From positions 1-51,548 of the forward strand of contig DIZH01000011.1 of the NCBI GenBank assembly GCA_002429325.1: a DNA stretch of 51,548 bases, written 5' to 3'. Source of the DNA: Patescibacteria group bacterium UBA6033. Its GTDB lineage: Bacteria; Patescibacteriota; Minisyncoccia; Phycocordibacterales; Phycocordibacteraceae. Below, piece by piece: positions 1 through 8,912 of the stretch; within the stretch, counting starts at the first letter, position 1, and each line of letters opens with the position of its first letter. The notes under the pieces are model-generated. The model was given only the letters and a program-made list of their open reading frames with translations. It did not search any database and was not told the origin of the DNA. The translations under genes were made by a program, and so were the position numbers.

Positions 1-1821
1 ATCTATGGCTGCATGGACTCTACGGCCACTAACTACAATCCCGCTGCAACTAGTCAGATGGGTGTGACGTGTACGTATCCATCGATACCAGTTCCTACGT
101 GTACGCTTCTAGCAACTCCCAACTCCATCCAAACTGGATCAGAATCAACGCTCTCATGGACGACTGCTAATGCAACCTCTTTCTCGATTGATAAAAATCT
201 TGGAAATATGACGCCAGTTGCTTCTGGTTCTACTACCGTTGCTCCTGCTTCATCGATTACCTACACCGGTACTGCTACGGGAGCGGGCGGCACAGTGATT
301 TGTACAGCGACGATTACCGTTTCTAATTTGCCACCTCCTACTGCTCCCACATGTATACTTTCAGCGTTGCCGGCCATGGTGAACGCAGGTGACCATACGA
401 CTCTTACCTGGATTACAACGAATGCCGGCACTTTCACCATTGATCATGGCGTCGGCTCAGTCTCGCCTGCAGTCGGCGGTTCGGTAAATTCTCTTGCGAT
501 AAATGCGAACACGACATTTACGGGAACCGTCATTAGTCCAACTGGACAGTCAGCGACTTGCACAGCACCGGTTACTGTAAATTCTGGCGGCGGCGGCGGC
601 GGACCAAGCTGCGTACTGACCGTGAGTCCATCTTCCATTTCCACTGGCTCCACAGCCACTCTTACGTGGGGAGGCAGCGGTATCTCTACCGTGGATATCG
701 ATAATGGTATCGCAACAGCTACGACCTCTTCTGGATCGGTCGTAGTAGGACCGACTGCTGTCCAGAACTATACGTACACAGGAACATTTCATGCCACAAA
801 CGGCCAGACGCTCAGTTGTACAGCCACATTGGCCGTTACTGGTGGGGGAGGCGGCGGTGCTGGCGGCTGCACGAGCAATTGTGGTGGTGGCGGAGGCGGA
901 GGTGGCGGCGGTAGCCCGCAACCCACTATTACGCTCGCAGCCCTTCCTCATATAGGCTCACAACCGCTCGCGTATCTCTATCTCTCACAGATTCCGTACA
1001 CTGGCCTTGATCTTGGTCCAGTTGGAACGGTCGTCTATTGGCTTACTCTTATTCTCAGCTCACTTGCGCTCGCATATCTCGTTCTTTTCATCGCGGCGCC
1101 GTACGTGACCCGCTCGGCACAGAGCTTCGGCGCACGTGTCGTAGAGGTCTTGAATTCTGAGACGTTCGCTTCTGTACCTGCGATGGCACAGTCATACGCA
1201 TCAGCAGCGCCTGAAGAGGCTTTTGCTCCGGCGATACCAATATTTGCTCCGCAGACAATACTTGAAGCGCCTCGCGGATATTCGAATTACGATGGATTCA
1301 AATCCTTCGCACACAAGGGAGCGCTCTCTATCGAGGATATTGTAAAAGGCCTCACACGTGAGCACTCGACGTCAGTCGCTCCGGTGGCAGCACCGACAGC
1401 GAACATCGAGCCGATATATGAGAATGTCGAACCGGTGTATGAGCAGGTAGAATCGATTAACGAGACTCCCGTAGCTGCTCCGTCAGTCGCAGTGGCGACA
1501 GATGTGCGCGGATTCACGTCAGCCCTTATTGAGGGAGATCGCGCTGCGGTCTTTGCAGGACTTCGTCAGCACTTGCGTGGTGGTGGACAGGCAGAGAAAC
1601 TCATTTCTGCAACCGCATGCCTTCTTGATGATGTCTATCGTGCACGTATCGACGGGACGCCTTGTGACGCTGATATTGCGCGCCTCTCGGCTCGGTTCGG
1701 AACGCCAGTTCTGGAGAAACTTGTGACATCGCTTACCACGGCTATTGATTCCAGCTATACAGCTGACGTCACAGGCGCGAAGCTTGCCCTCACTCGTGCA
1801 CTCGCGGTGCTCGGCGCGTAA
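1..1821 (+). CDS. Surface/membrane-anchored repeat protein, 5' partial. It has three tandem Cys-bracketed Ig-like repeats, poly-Gly linkers, an IPYTG motif followed by a TM helix, and a C-terminal domain of about 230 aa after the TM helix.
   Basis: ORF 13..1821. Frame 1 is open from nt 1 (IYGC precedes the first Met), so the gene probably continues upstream. Repeats at about 94-345, 346-603 and 604-845 share the pattern P(T/S)C...P......G....L(S/T)W......F.ID.G.........(Y/F)TGT......C(T)A...V. Hydrophobic segment VVYWLTLILSSLALAYLVLFIAA. Confidence 0.6.
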   Translation: MYGCMDSTATNYNPAATSQMGVTCTYPSIPVPTCTLLATPNSIQTGSESTLSWTTANATSFSIDKNLGNMTPVASGSTTVAPASSITYTGTATGAGGTVICTATITVSNLPPPTAPTCILSALPAMVNAGDHTTLTWITTNAGTFTIDHGVGSVSPAVGGSVNSLAINANTTFTGTVISPTGQSATCTAPVTVNSGGGGGGPSCVLTVSPSSISTGSTATLTWGGSGISTVDIDNGIATATTSSGSVVVGPTAVQNYTYTGTFHATNGQTLSCTATLAVTGGGGGGAGGCTSNCGGGGGGGGGGSPQPTITLAALPHIGSQPLAYLYLSQIPYTGLDLGPVGTVVYWLTLILSSLALAYLVLFIAAPYVTRSAQSFGARVVEVLNSETFASVPAMAQSYASAAPEEAFAPAIPIFAPQTILEAPRGYSNYDGFKSFAHKGALSIEDIVKGLTREHSTSVAPVAAPTANIEPIYENVEPVYEQVESINETPVAAPSVAVATDVRGFTSALIEGDRAAVFAGLRQHLRGGGQAEKLISATACLLDDVYRARIDGTPCDADIARLSARFGTPVLEKLVTSLTTAIDSSYTADVTGAKLALTRALAVLGA

Positions 1822-1844
1822 TTAGGTTTAGAACTAACGCATAC

Positions 1845-1889
1845 AAAAAAGAATCACTTGGCGGTCGGACCGCCAAGTGATTCTTTTTA
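1845..1889. terminator. Bidirectional rho-independent terminator between convergent genes.
   Basis: Arms GAATCACTTGGCGGTC (1851-1866) and GACCGCCAAGTGATTC (1868-1883) are perfectly complementary. They are flanked by AAAAAA upstream and TTTTT downstream. Confidence 0.75.
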
Positions 1890-1914
1890 CTTGGAAGCGA
1901 AGCTTCCAAGTAGT

Positions 1915-3657
1915 TTATGCGCGGGTCTTTATTTCTTCACTTGCACGAGCGACGAAGTCTGCGATAGGCATAGCATCGAGTTTACCGTTGTCGCGACTGT
2001 CGACTGAGACAGTTCTTGCTTCTACTTCTTCATCGCCGACGACGAGCAGATAGGGAATTTTTTCTGTCTTAGCACTTCTGATTTTCTTGCCGAGTGATTC
2101 GTTTGCGTCATCAACATCGGCGCGAATATTTGCAGTTTTGAGCATGCTCATAAGCTCGTTTGCATAGGCGACGTGCTTTTCAGAAAGAGGAATCACACGC
2201 GATTGCACAGGACTAAGCCAGAGAGGGAAGGCCCCGGCATAGTGTTCTATAAGCACACCCATAAAACGATCGGGTGAGCCTATGAGTGCTCGGTGTATCA
2301 TCACGGGTGTCTTTTTGGTTCCATCCTCAGCAGTATATTCAAGACCGAAACGGCCGGGCATATTGAGATCAAGCTGAATAGTCGATATCTGCCATTCGCG
2401 TCCGATAGCGTCCACTGCCATGATATCCATTTTTGGACCATAGAACGCAGCCTCCCCCAGAGCTTCTTTGAACGACATCTTCTTCTCGGTAAGAAGTTTC
2501 CTCATTATGGATTCAGATTTTTCCCATACCGCATCCTCGCCGATATATTTCTCTTTCTTCGCAGGGTCGCGGAGCGACAGCCGTACCCAGTAGTCGATTC
2601 GGTACGTCGCAAGCGCTTTCTGAATCGCTCCAAGCACATTTGTGAGTTCGCTCTCAATCTGATCTTCTCGACAGAAGATGTGTCCGTCATCTTGAGAAAA
2701 TGCTCGGAGGCGAGTGAGTCCGGAAAGTTCGCCTGGCCGTTCGTCTCGATAGAGGACGGCGAAGTCGGAGAATCGGATAGGAAGGTCGCGATAGCTCCGC
2801 GGCTCCGCGGCATATATTTGCGTATGCTGCGGGCAATTCATCGGCTTAAGGAACATCTCGTCTTCGACATACTGCGAATGTACGGTCAGCATGTCTTCTT
2901 TATATTTGTCGTAATGCCCGGAAATCTTGAAAAGCTCGCCTTTGTTTATATTTGGCGTGTGAACCTCTCCGAAACCAAGCTCAGCATTGAGCTCGCGCGA
3001 GTAATTGATAATCGCTGATCGAATGGTATTGCCCTTGGGGGTGAACATCGGCATGCCGGAGCCGACAAGATCGGAGAAAACGAGCAGGCCTTGTTCCTTT
3101 GCTATCTTGCGATGATCGCGCTTCTTCGCCTCTTCTCGCTGCGTGAGATAGGCATCTAGCTCTTCTTTGGTGTCGAAGGCGAGTCCGTAGATGCGCGTGA
3201 GCATAGGGTTCTTCTCATCGCCGCGCCAGTACGCGCCAGCGATGCGATCGAGCTTGAATGAATCGGGAGCGATATCGTGAGCAGGATGCTCCGCGTGGCC
3301 GCCGCGGCAGAGATCGGTAAAATTCCCGCACGTATAGAGCGTGATTTTCTCACCACGGCCGCTGATCTCCTCGATGAGCTCCGCCTTGAACGGATTACCG
3401 GGAAAAGCCTCGAGCGCTTCTTCTTTATTTTTTTCCTCAGAACTAAATTCTTTCCATTCTGACAGATGATTGCGCATCATCGCTTCCAATTTCGGCAGGT
3501 CTGCCTCCGACAGCTTTTCGGTGCCGAAATCGATATCGTAGTAAAAGCCCGTATCTATCGCAGGACCGAGTGTCAATTGCGCGTTCGGATATTTCTTAAG
3601 CACCGCCTGGGCGAGCAGGTGAGCGAGGGTGTGTCGTTTGTGTTCAAGAGATGCCAT
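1915..3657 (-). CDS. thrS: Threonyl-tRNA synthetase (580 aa), starting at MASLEHKRH. It lacks an N-terminal TGS domain.
   Basis: KPMNCPQHTQIY zinc site, class II motif 2 FRDERPGELSGLTRLRAFSQDDGHIF, HTLAHLLAQAV (second additional domain) and a C-terminal anticodon-binding region. The longer ORF reaching 3927 covers a structured leader (next feature), so the Met at 3657 is preferred. Confidence 0.93.
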   Translation of the reverse strand: MASLEHKRHTLAHLLAQAVLKKYPNAQLTLGPAIDTGFYYDIDFGTEKLSEADLPKLEAMMRNHLSEWKEFSSEEKNKEEALEAFPGNPFKAELIEEISGRGEKITLYTCGNFTDLCRGGHAEHPAHDIAPDSFKLDRIAGAYWRGDEKNPMLTRIYGLAFDTKEELDAYLTQREEAKKRDHRKIAKEQGLLVFSDLVGSGMPMFTPKGNTIRSAIINYSRELNAELGFGEVHTPNINKGELFKISGHYDKYKEDMLTVHSQYVEDEMFLKPMNCPQHTQIYAAEPRSYRDLPIRFSDFAVLYRDERPGELSGLTRLRAFSQDDGHIFCREDQIESELTNVLGAIQKALATYRIDYWVRLSLRDPAKKEKYIGEDAVWEKSESIMRKLLTEKKMSFKEALGEAAFYGPKMDIMAVDAIGREWQISTIQLDLNMPGRFGLEYTAEDGTKKTPVMIHRALIGSPDRFMGVLIEHYAGAFPLWLSPVQSRVIPLSEKHVAYANELMSMLKTANIRADVDDANESLGKKIRSAKTEKIPYLLVVGDEEVEARTVSVDSRDNGKLDAMPIADFVARASEEIKTRA

Positions 3658-3659
3658 AG

Positions 3660-3850
3660 TAGGTAGTGTTGTTAAAAATAAACGCCCTCGTGATGGCATG
3701 ACGAATGTCATGCACTCACGAGGGCGATCAACTAACCGCGGTTCCACCTCGATTTCTGTCCGGAAGGGCAGACGCTCTTTGTCGCTGCTTGATTGGGGCT
3801 TCCGCCGCTCTCGCCTCTGGTTGGTAGCCAAAGCAATCTCAAGCCAAGTA
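3660..3850 (-). promoter_or_regulatory. T-box riboswitch leader with a Thr (ACC) specifier and an intrinsic terminator.
   Basis: Read on the minus strand. CUACCAACCAG (3827-3817) carries ACC followed by a purine. AAAUCGAGGUGGAACCGCGG (3755-3736) matches the T-box consensus AANNNGGGUGGNACCGCG. The terminator stem CGCCCUCGUGA...UCACGAGGGCG (3726-3683) is followed by UUUAUUUUU, and its 5' arm overlaps the putative antiterminator 3' strand. Confidence 0.65.
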
Positions 3851-3878
3851 AGTGTATATCGGCCACATAAGGTGTCAA
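3851..3878 (-). promoter_or_regulatory. Putative sigma70-type promoter of the thrS leader.
   Basis: Minus strand TTGACA (3878-3873), a 16-nt spacer, then TACACT (3856-3851). Confidence 0.45.
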
Positions 3879-4002
3879 TGCGGGTACATCGGCGAGCTTG
3901 CGTTGTTTGTATAGGTGTGGTATACATTTTCTACCTCCGGAGACTGCGTTTGGACGCTGTAACGGAGGGGCAAAACTGTTCAACTTCAATCAAGGATTCG
4001 AA

Positions 4003-4152
4003 ATGAAACCGAACCGCTCTTTGAGGATCAATCTGGGCGTTGCCGCCAGGACCGTCGCCGAAACCGGCTTTTATTCGTTTGCCTCGAAACCGGCCATCGA
4101 CGTGAGCCCGATCAGCCTGGGCGGCGCCAGCACCTCCGCCGGCCGCGGCTAA
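4003..4152 (+). CDS. Hypothetical 49-aa peptide (MKPNRSLRINLGVAARTVAETGFYSFASKPAIDVSPISLGGASTSAGRG).
   Basis: ATG is preceded by AAGGA (3992-3996) with a 6-nt spacer. Codons are GC-rich. Three consecutive hairpins follow. No recognisable family. Confidence 0.3.
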   Translation: MKPNRSLRINLGVAARTVAETGFYSFASKPAIDVSPISLGGASTSAGRG

Positions 4153-4199
4153 CCCTGCGCTAAGCGCAGAAAGCCAAAGGCCTGGGGCATGAGCCCCAC

Positions 4200-4233
4200 A
4201 ACCGCCAACTTTGTTTGGCGGTTCGTATTTTTA
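4200..4233 (+). terminator. Rho-independent terminator.
   Basis: AACCGCCAA (4200-4208), loop CTTTGT, TTGGCGGTT (4215-4223), then CGTATTTTTA. Confidence 0.6.
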
Positions 4234-4249
4234 TACCTGAGTAGGAGAC

Positions 4250-4278
4250 TTGACAGAATGATTAAATACGCGTATTAT
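4250..4278 (+). promoter_or_regulatory. Near-consensus sigma70 promoter for the lipoprotein gene.
   Basis: TTGACA (4250-4255), a 17-nt spacer, then TATTAT (4273-4278). Confidence 0.55.
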
Positions 4279-4359
4279 TTATACCAGAGTGTGAGTAGGG
4301 GTCTTGGCCTGAAAAGCTGAGCTGCTCATCATTCGGTGTTTGAAATCAAGGAGATAGTC

Positions 4360-5256
4360 ATGAAATTCTTCGGAAATCTGTGCGCGGCCATCACGGTCGC
4401 GGTGTTTCTGTCTGCATGCGGTGGTGGTGGAGGCGGCGGGAGCGACAGCTCCTCGGTCGGCCCGACCAACCCGGTGATGGTGACCTGTCCCAATGGGACA
4501 CAGGCTGCCACAGCGGCCGCCTGCCCGGTCATCACGGCGGATGTGTCGGCCCTGCAAGGTACGACACAAAGCCCGACCCTGTTCAATCAGGGCATCACCT
4601 TCCAGTTCAGCGGTTCGCTCGACCCGAGCAAAACTTCTGTGGCTTGGAAACAGGGCGACGAAGCTGTCGCCGAAACGGTCGCGTTCGCGGCCGGCAACAA
4701 GGACATGACGGTAACCCCGTCCATGCACTTGGCCTACGGAGTGACCGAGACGCTCATCATCACCACGGCCGACTCTGTCGGCCGCCCGGTGAATGTGAAC
4801 TTCTCGTTCAAGACGTCTCCGATGAGCTGCGCGGATAACGCAGTGTGGTCCAATCCGGCCACGTTCTCGACGTCGGTTCAGGACTGTGTCGCGCCCATCG
4901 GCGTGCAAGCGTTGATGAATCCGGTCATGAACACCATGACCGATACCAGCTGCGCACTCACGGTCGGCGCATCGCTGTCGGCGGCCTGCAAGGCCTATGC
5001 GGCCAATGGCACGTTGGTGTTCGCGCAGACGGGTGTCACCGTAAATAGCGCGGCCATGCTGTGGTTCGCGTACTTCGACAAGGCCGGCGGGAGCAATCTC
5101 GCGCTCGTCGACGCCATGACGCAGAAAGTCGTCGGCGTCACGGTCTTGCCTGGCCCGCTTGCTTCGATCATCGGCAACCCGACCGGTGCTGCCATCCAGC
5201 TCGGCACCGTCAAGCACCAGATCGTCTGGAACGGATCTTTGATCCAGCTCAACTGA
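4360..5256 (+). CDS. Secreted lipoprotein (298 aa) with a bacterial Ig-like domain. Compositionally atypical (GC3-rich).
   Basis: ATG at 4360 follows AAGGAG (4348-4353) with a 6-nt spacer. Signal peptide MKFFGNLCAAITVAVFLSAC has the lipobox LSAC followed by GGGGGGS. Third codon positions are mostly G/C, unlike flanking thrS and dnaE. Confidence 0.75.
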   Translation: MKFFGNLCAAITVAVFLSACGGGGGGGSDSSSVGPTNPVMVTCPNGTQAATAAACPVITADVSALQGTTQSPTLFNQGITFQFSGSLDPSKTSVAWKQGDEAVAETVAFAAGNKDMTVTPSMHLAYGVTETLIITTADSVGRPVNVNFSFKTSPMSCADNAVWSNPATFSTSVQDCVAPIGVQALMNPVMNTMTDTSCALTVGASLSAACKAYAANGTLVFAQTGVTVNSAAMLWFAYFDKAGGSNLALVDAMTQKVVGVTVLPGPLASIIGNPTGAAIQLGTVKHQIVWNGSLIQLN

Positions 5257-5278
5257 TGCCCGGGGCTCCGGCCCCTTC

Positions 5279-5312
5279 GATACCTCGCTCTCCGGCGGGG
5301 TATCTTTCTTTT
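5279..5312 (+). terminator. Rho-independent terminator of the lipoprotein gene. Its T-tract abuts the dnaE stop.
   Basis: GATACCTCGC (5279-5288) pairs with GCGGGGTATC (5295-5304, one G-U), followed by TTTCTTTT. Confidence 0.55.
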
Positions 5313-8300
5313 ATAGCGGTTTCAATTCTTCGATCGCAATAGAAGGTTCACCATTTCGTACCGACACTTTACCTTTGATAAGCAGACACGCGTCCTGTGC
5401 GACGGTGGCGACATGCTCTTTAAATAATTTCGGGAATACCACTGCCTCGATGGAGTCAGTGGTGTCAGCGACGGTGAGGAATGCCATCTTCTCGCCGCTC
5501 TTGGTGAGGATGGTGCGCATGATCGAGACGAGCACCGGAAGGATAATCAGCATGCCGGGTTGTGGGTCTTCTTTGATTTGTTTGATAGTGAAGCGTGATT
5601 TTTTCGTAATCGCTTCATACGCATCGAGTGGATGTCCGCTTACGTAAATACCAAGCAATTCTTTTTCCCATGCGAGCTTGTCGAGGAGCGACGTTGGTTT
5701 GCCGTCTGGGATAGTGAGCGGCGCGGGAGCCATGAATGCACCGAAAAGCGAATCCTGTGGTGCAATCGCCGTGGCTTCGCGATGGAATTCAAGCATCGTC
5801 TCGATGGCGTCGAGCAGTGCGCCACGCCCGTCAGAGGAAGGACTGAGTGAATCAAGCGCACCGCACTTAATTAAGGATTCGAGCGATTTACGGTTCAGGT
5901 TTTTCGAACTGATGCGGGAAAGGAAATCAGAAAGCGATGCGAACGTACCATGCGCTGTGCGCTCTGCAATGATGGCTTCTGAAATTCCTTCACCGAAGTT
6001 CTTGATGCTCGACAATCCAAATCTGATTGCATTCCCGTGAAGCTCGTTCGACACATTCCCTTCAGGGTACGCGATTTTCTTGCTAGAAAATCGCTCAGTC
6101 CTCGCCTCGTCAGTCTGCGGGGCCCCTTCAGTGAATGTCTCTTCGCGAGCTTTTTCTTTGTGTACGACTGTGAACACTGACCCGCTCTCATTCACATCCG
6201 GCGGAAGCACAGGGATGCCCATACGCTTCGCTTCAGCGACGAAAATAGCAATCTGGTCCGTATCGCCGGAGTCTGCGGTCAGAAGCGCGGTGAGATATTC
6301 GACGGGATAATTCGCTTTCATGTAAGCAGTCTGGTACGCGACTTTGCCGTAGCTCGCTGCGTGCGCTTTGTTGAACCCATAGGCAGCGAATGGTTCGATG
6401 AGTTCCCAGATTTTTTCCGAAAGATTCTTGGAGAGCTTTCCATATTCCATAAAACCTTTGAGCAACTTTTCCTTCTCGGCCTGCATGACTTTCGGAATCT
6501 TCTTGCCCATCGCTTTTCTGAGAGAGTCAGCTTCGAGCCAGGAATAGCCGCCGAGTTTTATGGCGGTGAGGAGCACATCGTCTTGATACACGAGAATGCC
6601 GTAGGAGAAATCGAGATACTCCTTCATGCGCGGATCGAGATAATGGATGAGTTTCGGATTGTGTTTGCGCTCGATGTACTGCGGAATCGTTTCCATTGGT
6701 CCTGGGCGGTAGAGCGCAACCATGGCATTGATATCGTGGATGGTCGTCGGCTTGAGCTCTTTGAACCATCGAGTCATGCCAGAGCCGTTCAATTGGAAGG
6801 TCCCCTCGGTCTCGCCTCGCGCGAGCATTTCATACGTCCTCGTATCATCGATGGGGATGTTTTCGATATCGACGTCGACGCTCCGCGTTTGTTTGACCAG
6901 CTGCACAGCATTGGCGAGGATGGCGAGGTTCTTGATGCCGAGAAAGTCGAACTTGAGAAGGCCGACGCCGCCATACTCGTCAGTAATTGAGTACATGTCG
7001 TACTGCGTTATCAGCTTGCCGGTGCCTTTCGGGTCAGGCTGGATGGGGGACCACTCGATGAGCGGCGTCGGTGCGACGACGACGCCTGCGGCGTGCACGC
7101 CGACATGCCGCACGCATCCTTCGATGCGCTTCGCGAGGTCGAGAATCTCTTTCGCATCCTCATCCTCGTCATAGAGCGCTTTGAGGTCCGGTTCGAGCTT
7201 CATCGCGTGGTCGATGGTCATCGGCATGCCCTGCGAACCGATTGGGATGAGTTTGGCGATGCGGTCACCGATGGTATAGGAGTGGCCCAAGGCACGCGCG
7301 ACATCGCGCACTGCCGCGCGCGCCATCATGGTGCCGAAGGTGCCGATCTGCGCGACATGGTCATCACCGTACTTCTGCTTGGCATATGCAATCATGTCGT
7401 CGCGGCGATTATCGGCCATATCCATGTCGATATCCGGCGCTTTCGGGCGCTCAGGGTTGAGGAAGCGTTCGAAGGGGAGCTTGTAGAACAGCGGATTCAC
7501 GTTTGTGATGCCGACAAGGTACGCGACGAGGCTGCCGGCTGCCGAACCGCGCGTCGTAGTGAGGATGCCGGCGCTCTTGGCGAAGCGCAGAAGGTCGGCA
7601 ACGATGAGATAGTAGACCGCGAACCCTTTATTAATGATGATGTTGAGCTCGTAGTCGATACGATCGGTCACCTCTTTTGTTTCCTCAAGGCCGCGCGTCT
7701 TTATTCCTTTGTAAGCGGTCTGGCGCAGCTCATCATCATGGGATTCGAAGCCTGGCGAGACGGGTACAGCAGGGAAGGTCCACTTGCCGAGGTCGAACGA
7801 GAGATTGCAGCGGTCAGCTATCTTCCGTGAGTTGTCGACAGCGTCGGGCGTGTCCTTAAAGAGTGCGAGAGCTTGTTTCTCGCTTATAAATGAAAAGTCT
7901 TCCTGCTCATTCCGGCCACGGCCGCCTTGCTGGATGCGGCGCAGTATCTCGGTCGCTTCGCGGTCATCAGGATTGAGATAGTAGACGTCATGCTGGGCTA
8001 CGAGCGGCGTGTCCGTACCATTTGCGAGTTCAATAATTTTGCTCATGAGTTCCTCGTGCCCCGCGACTTTCGGGTGATGGGTTATCTCCAAGAAGACGTT
8101 GTTTGCGCCAAAGATAGTCTTGAGTTCGTCGAGCGATGCAGAGGCGCTTTCGATATTTCCTGCGCGCAGGGACTGAGCGATGTCGCCTGCGAACGAAGGA
8201 ATAAGCGCGATAAGACCGGCGTGATGCGCGCGCAAGAGTTCTTTGTCGATGCGCGGTCGCTCAAAGAACCCTTCCACCCAAGACTTTGTGACAAGCGCGA

Positions 8301-8610
8301 GAAGATTTTTATACCCCTCATTGTTCTCTGCAAGAAGGACGATGCGAGAACGTTTCGTATCAATGTTCGGATCCATGTCGCGGCGGGAGCGAGGTGCGAG
8401 ATAGGCGTCCACTCCGAGGATAGGCTTCACACCTGCCTTCGTGGCAGCTTTATAGAACTCAATCGCGCCGTGCATGTTGCCCGTATCAGTCAGTGCGATG
8501 GTATCCATGCCTTCTTTCTGTGCTTTCTCGACAAGCTCATCAATCTTTGGGAGCGCCTGCAAAAAGGAATAGTGGCTGTGGGTATGTAAATGGATGAAAC
8601 GCGAGTCCAT
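5311..8610 (-). CDS. dnaE: DNA polymerase III alpha subunit (1,099 aa).
   Basis: N-terminal PHP domain (IHLHTHSHYSFLQA), GLLKFDFLGIKNL, FNKAHAASYG, and a C-terminal OB fold. Confidence 0.95.
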   Translation of the reverse strand: MDSRFIHLHTHSHYSFLQALPKIDELVEKAQKEGMDTIALTDTGNMHGAIEFYKAATKAGVKPILGVDAYLAPRSRRDMDPNIDTKRSRIVLLAENNEGYKNLLALVTKSWVEGFFERPRIDKELLRAHHAGLIALIPSFAGDIAQSLRAGNIESASASLDELKTIFGANNVFLEITHHPKVAGHEELMSKIIELANGTDTPLVAQHDVYYLNPDDREATEILRRIQQGGRGRNEQEDFSFISEKQALALFKDTPDAVDNSRKIADRCNLSFDLGKWTFPAVPVSPGFESHDDELRQTAYKGIKTRGLEETKEVTDRIDYELNIIINKGFAVYYLIVADLLRFAKSAGILTTTRGSAAGSLVAYLVGITNVNPLFYKLPFERFLNPERPKAPDIDMDMADNRRDDMIAYAKQKYGDDHVAQIGTFGTMMARAAVRDVARALGHSYTIGDRIAKLIPIGSQGMPMTIDHAMKLEPDLKALYDEDEDAKEILDLAKRIEGCVRHVGVHAAGVVVAPTPLIEWSPIQPDPKGTGKLITQYDMYSITDEYGGVGLLKFDFLGIKNLAILANAVQLVKQTRSVDVDIENIPIDDTRTYEMLARGETEGTFQLNGSGMTRWFKELKPTTIHDINAMVALYRPGPMETIPQYIERKHNPKLIHYLDPRMKEYLDFSYGILVYQDDVLLTAIKLGGYSWLEADSLRKAMGKKIPKVMQAEKEKLLKGFMEYGKLSKNLSEKIWELIEPFAAYGFNKAHAASYGKVAYQTAYMKANYPVEYLTALLTADSGDTDQIAIFVAEAKRMGIPVLPPDVNESGSVFTVVHKEKAREETFTEGAPQTDEARTERFSSKKIAYPEGNVSNELHGNAIRFGLSSIKNFGEGISEAIIAERTAHGTFASLSDFLSRISSKNLNRKSLESLIKCGALDSLSPSSDGRGALLDAIETMLEFHREATAIAPQDSLFGAFMAPAPLTIPDGKPTSLLDKLAWEKELLGIYVSGHPLDAYEAITKKSRFTIKQIKEDPQPGMLIILPVLVSIMRTILTKSGEKMAFLTVADTTDSIEAVVFPKLFKEHVATVAQDACLLIKGKVSVRNGEPSIAIEELKPL

Positions 8611-8636
8611 GGAGACAGTATACTATTATAGTCACT

Positions 8637-8906
8637 ATGACGGATATTCAATCTAACGAGGAACAGGCAATCCAGCATCAGTATGCTGTACCGTCTGGAC
8701 GGAGGTCGTTTCTCATTCGGCTCGTGCTTTCTACCGGCCTCGTTTCAACTGATAAAATGGCGGAGTATGTGCTACTTGGTATTGCGGCTATTGCTCTAGC
8801 ATCTATGTTCCTGATACCCTCACTTTTTGGTAGCGGTACACATCCTCTCACGAATCAAGACATCGTGCATATCACACAACTACAGCAGGGTATACCGGCG
8901 CAGTAA
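8637..8906 (+). CDS. Hypothetical small membrane protein (89 aa).
   Basis: ORF with one clear TM helix (YVLLGIAAIALASMFLIPSLF). It lies directly upstream of the pilin-like gene. No family recognised. Confidence 0.4.
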   Translation: MTDIQSNEEQAIQHQYAVPSGRRSFLIRLVLSTGLVSTDKMAEYVLLGIAAIALASMFLIPSLFGSGTHPLTNQDIVHITQLQQGIPAQ

Positions 8907-8912
8907 TATAGT

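Noticed and set aside
3658-3927. The 90-codon N-terminal extension of the thrS ORF (MYTTPIQTTQ...).
   Set aside because: The region contains a promoter, a T-box sequence and an intrinsic terminator. ThrRS homology starts at MASLEHKRH.
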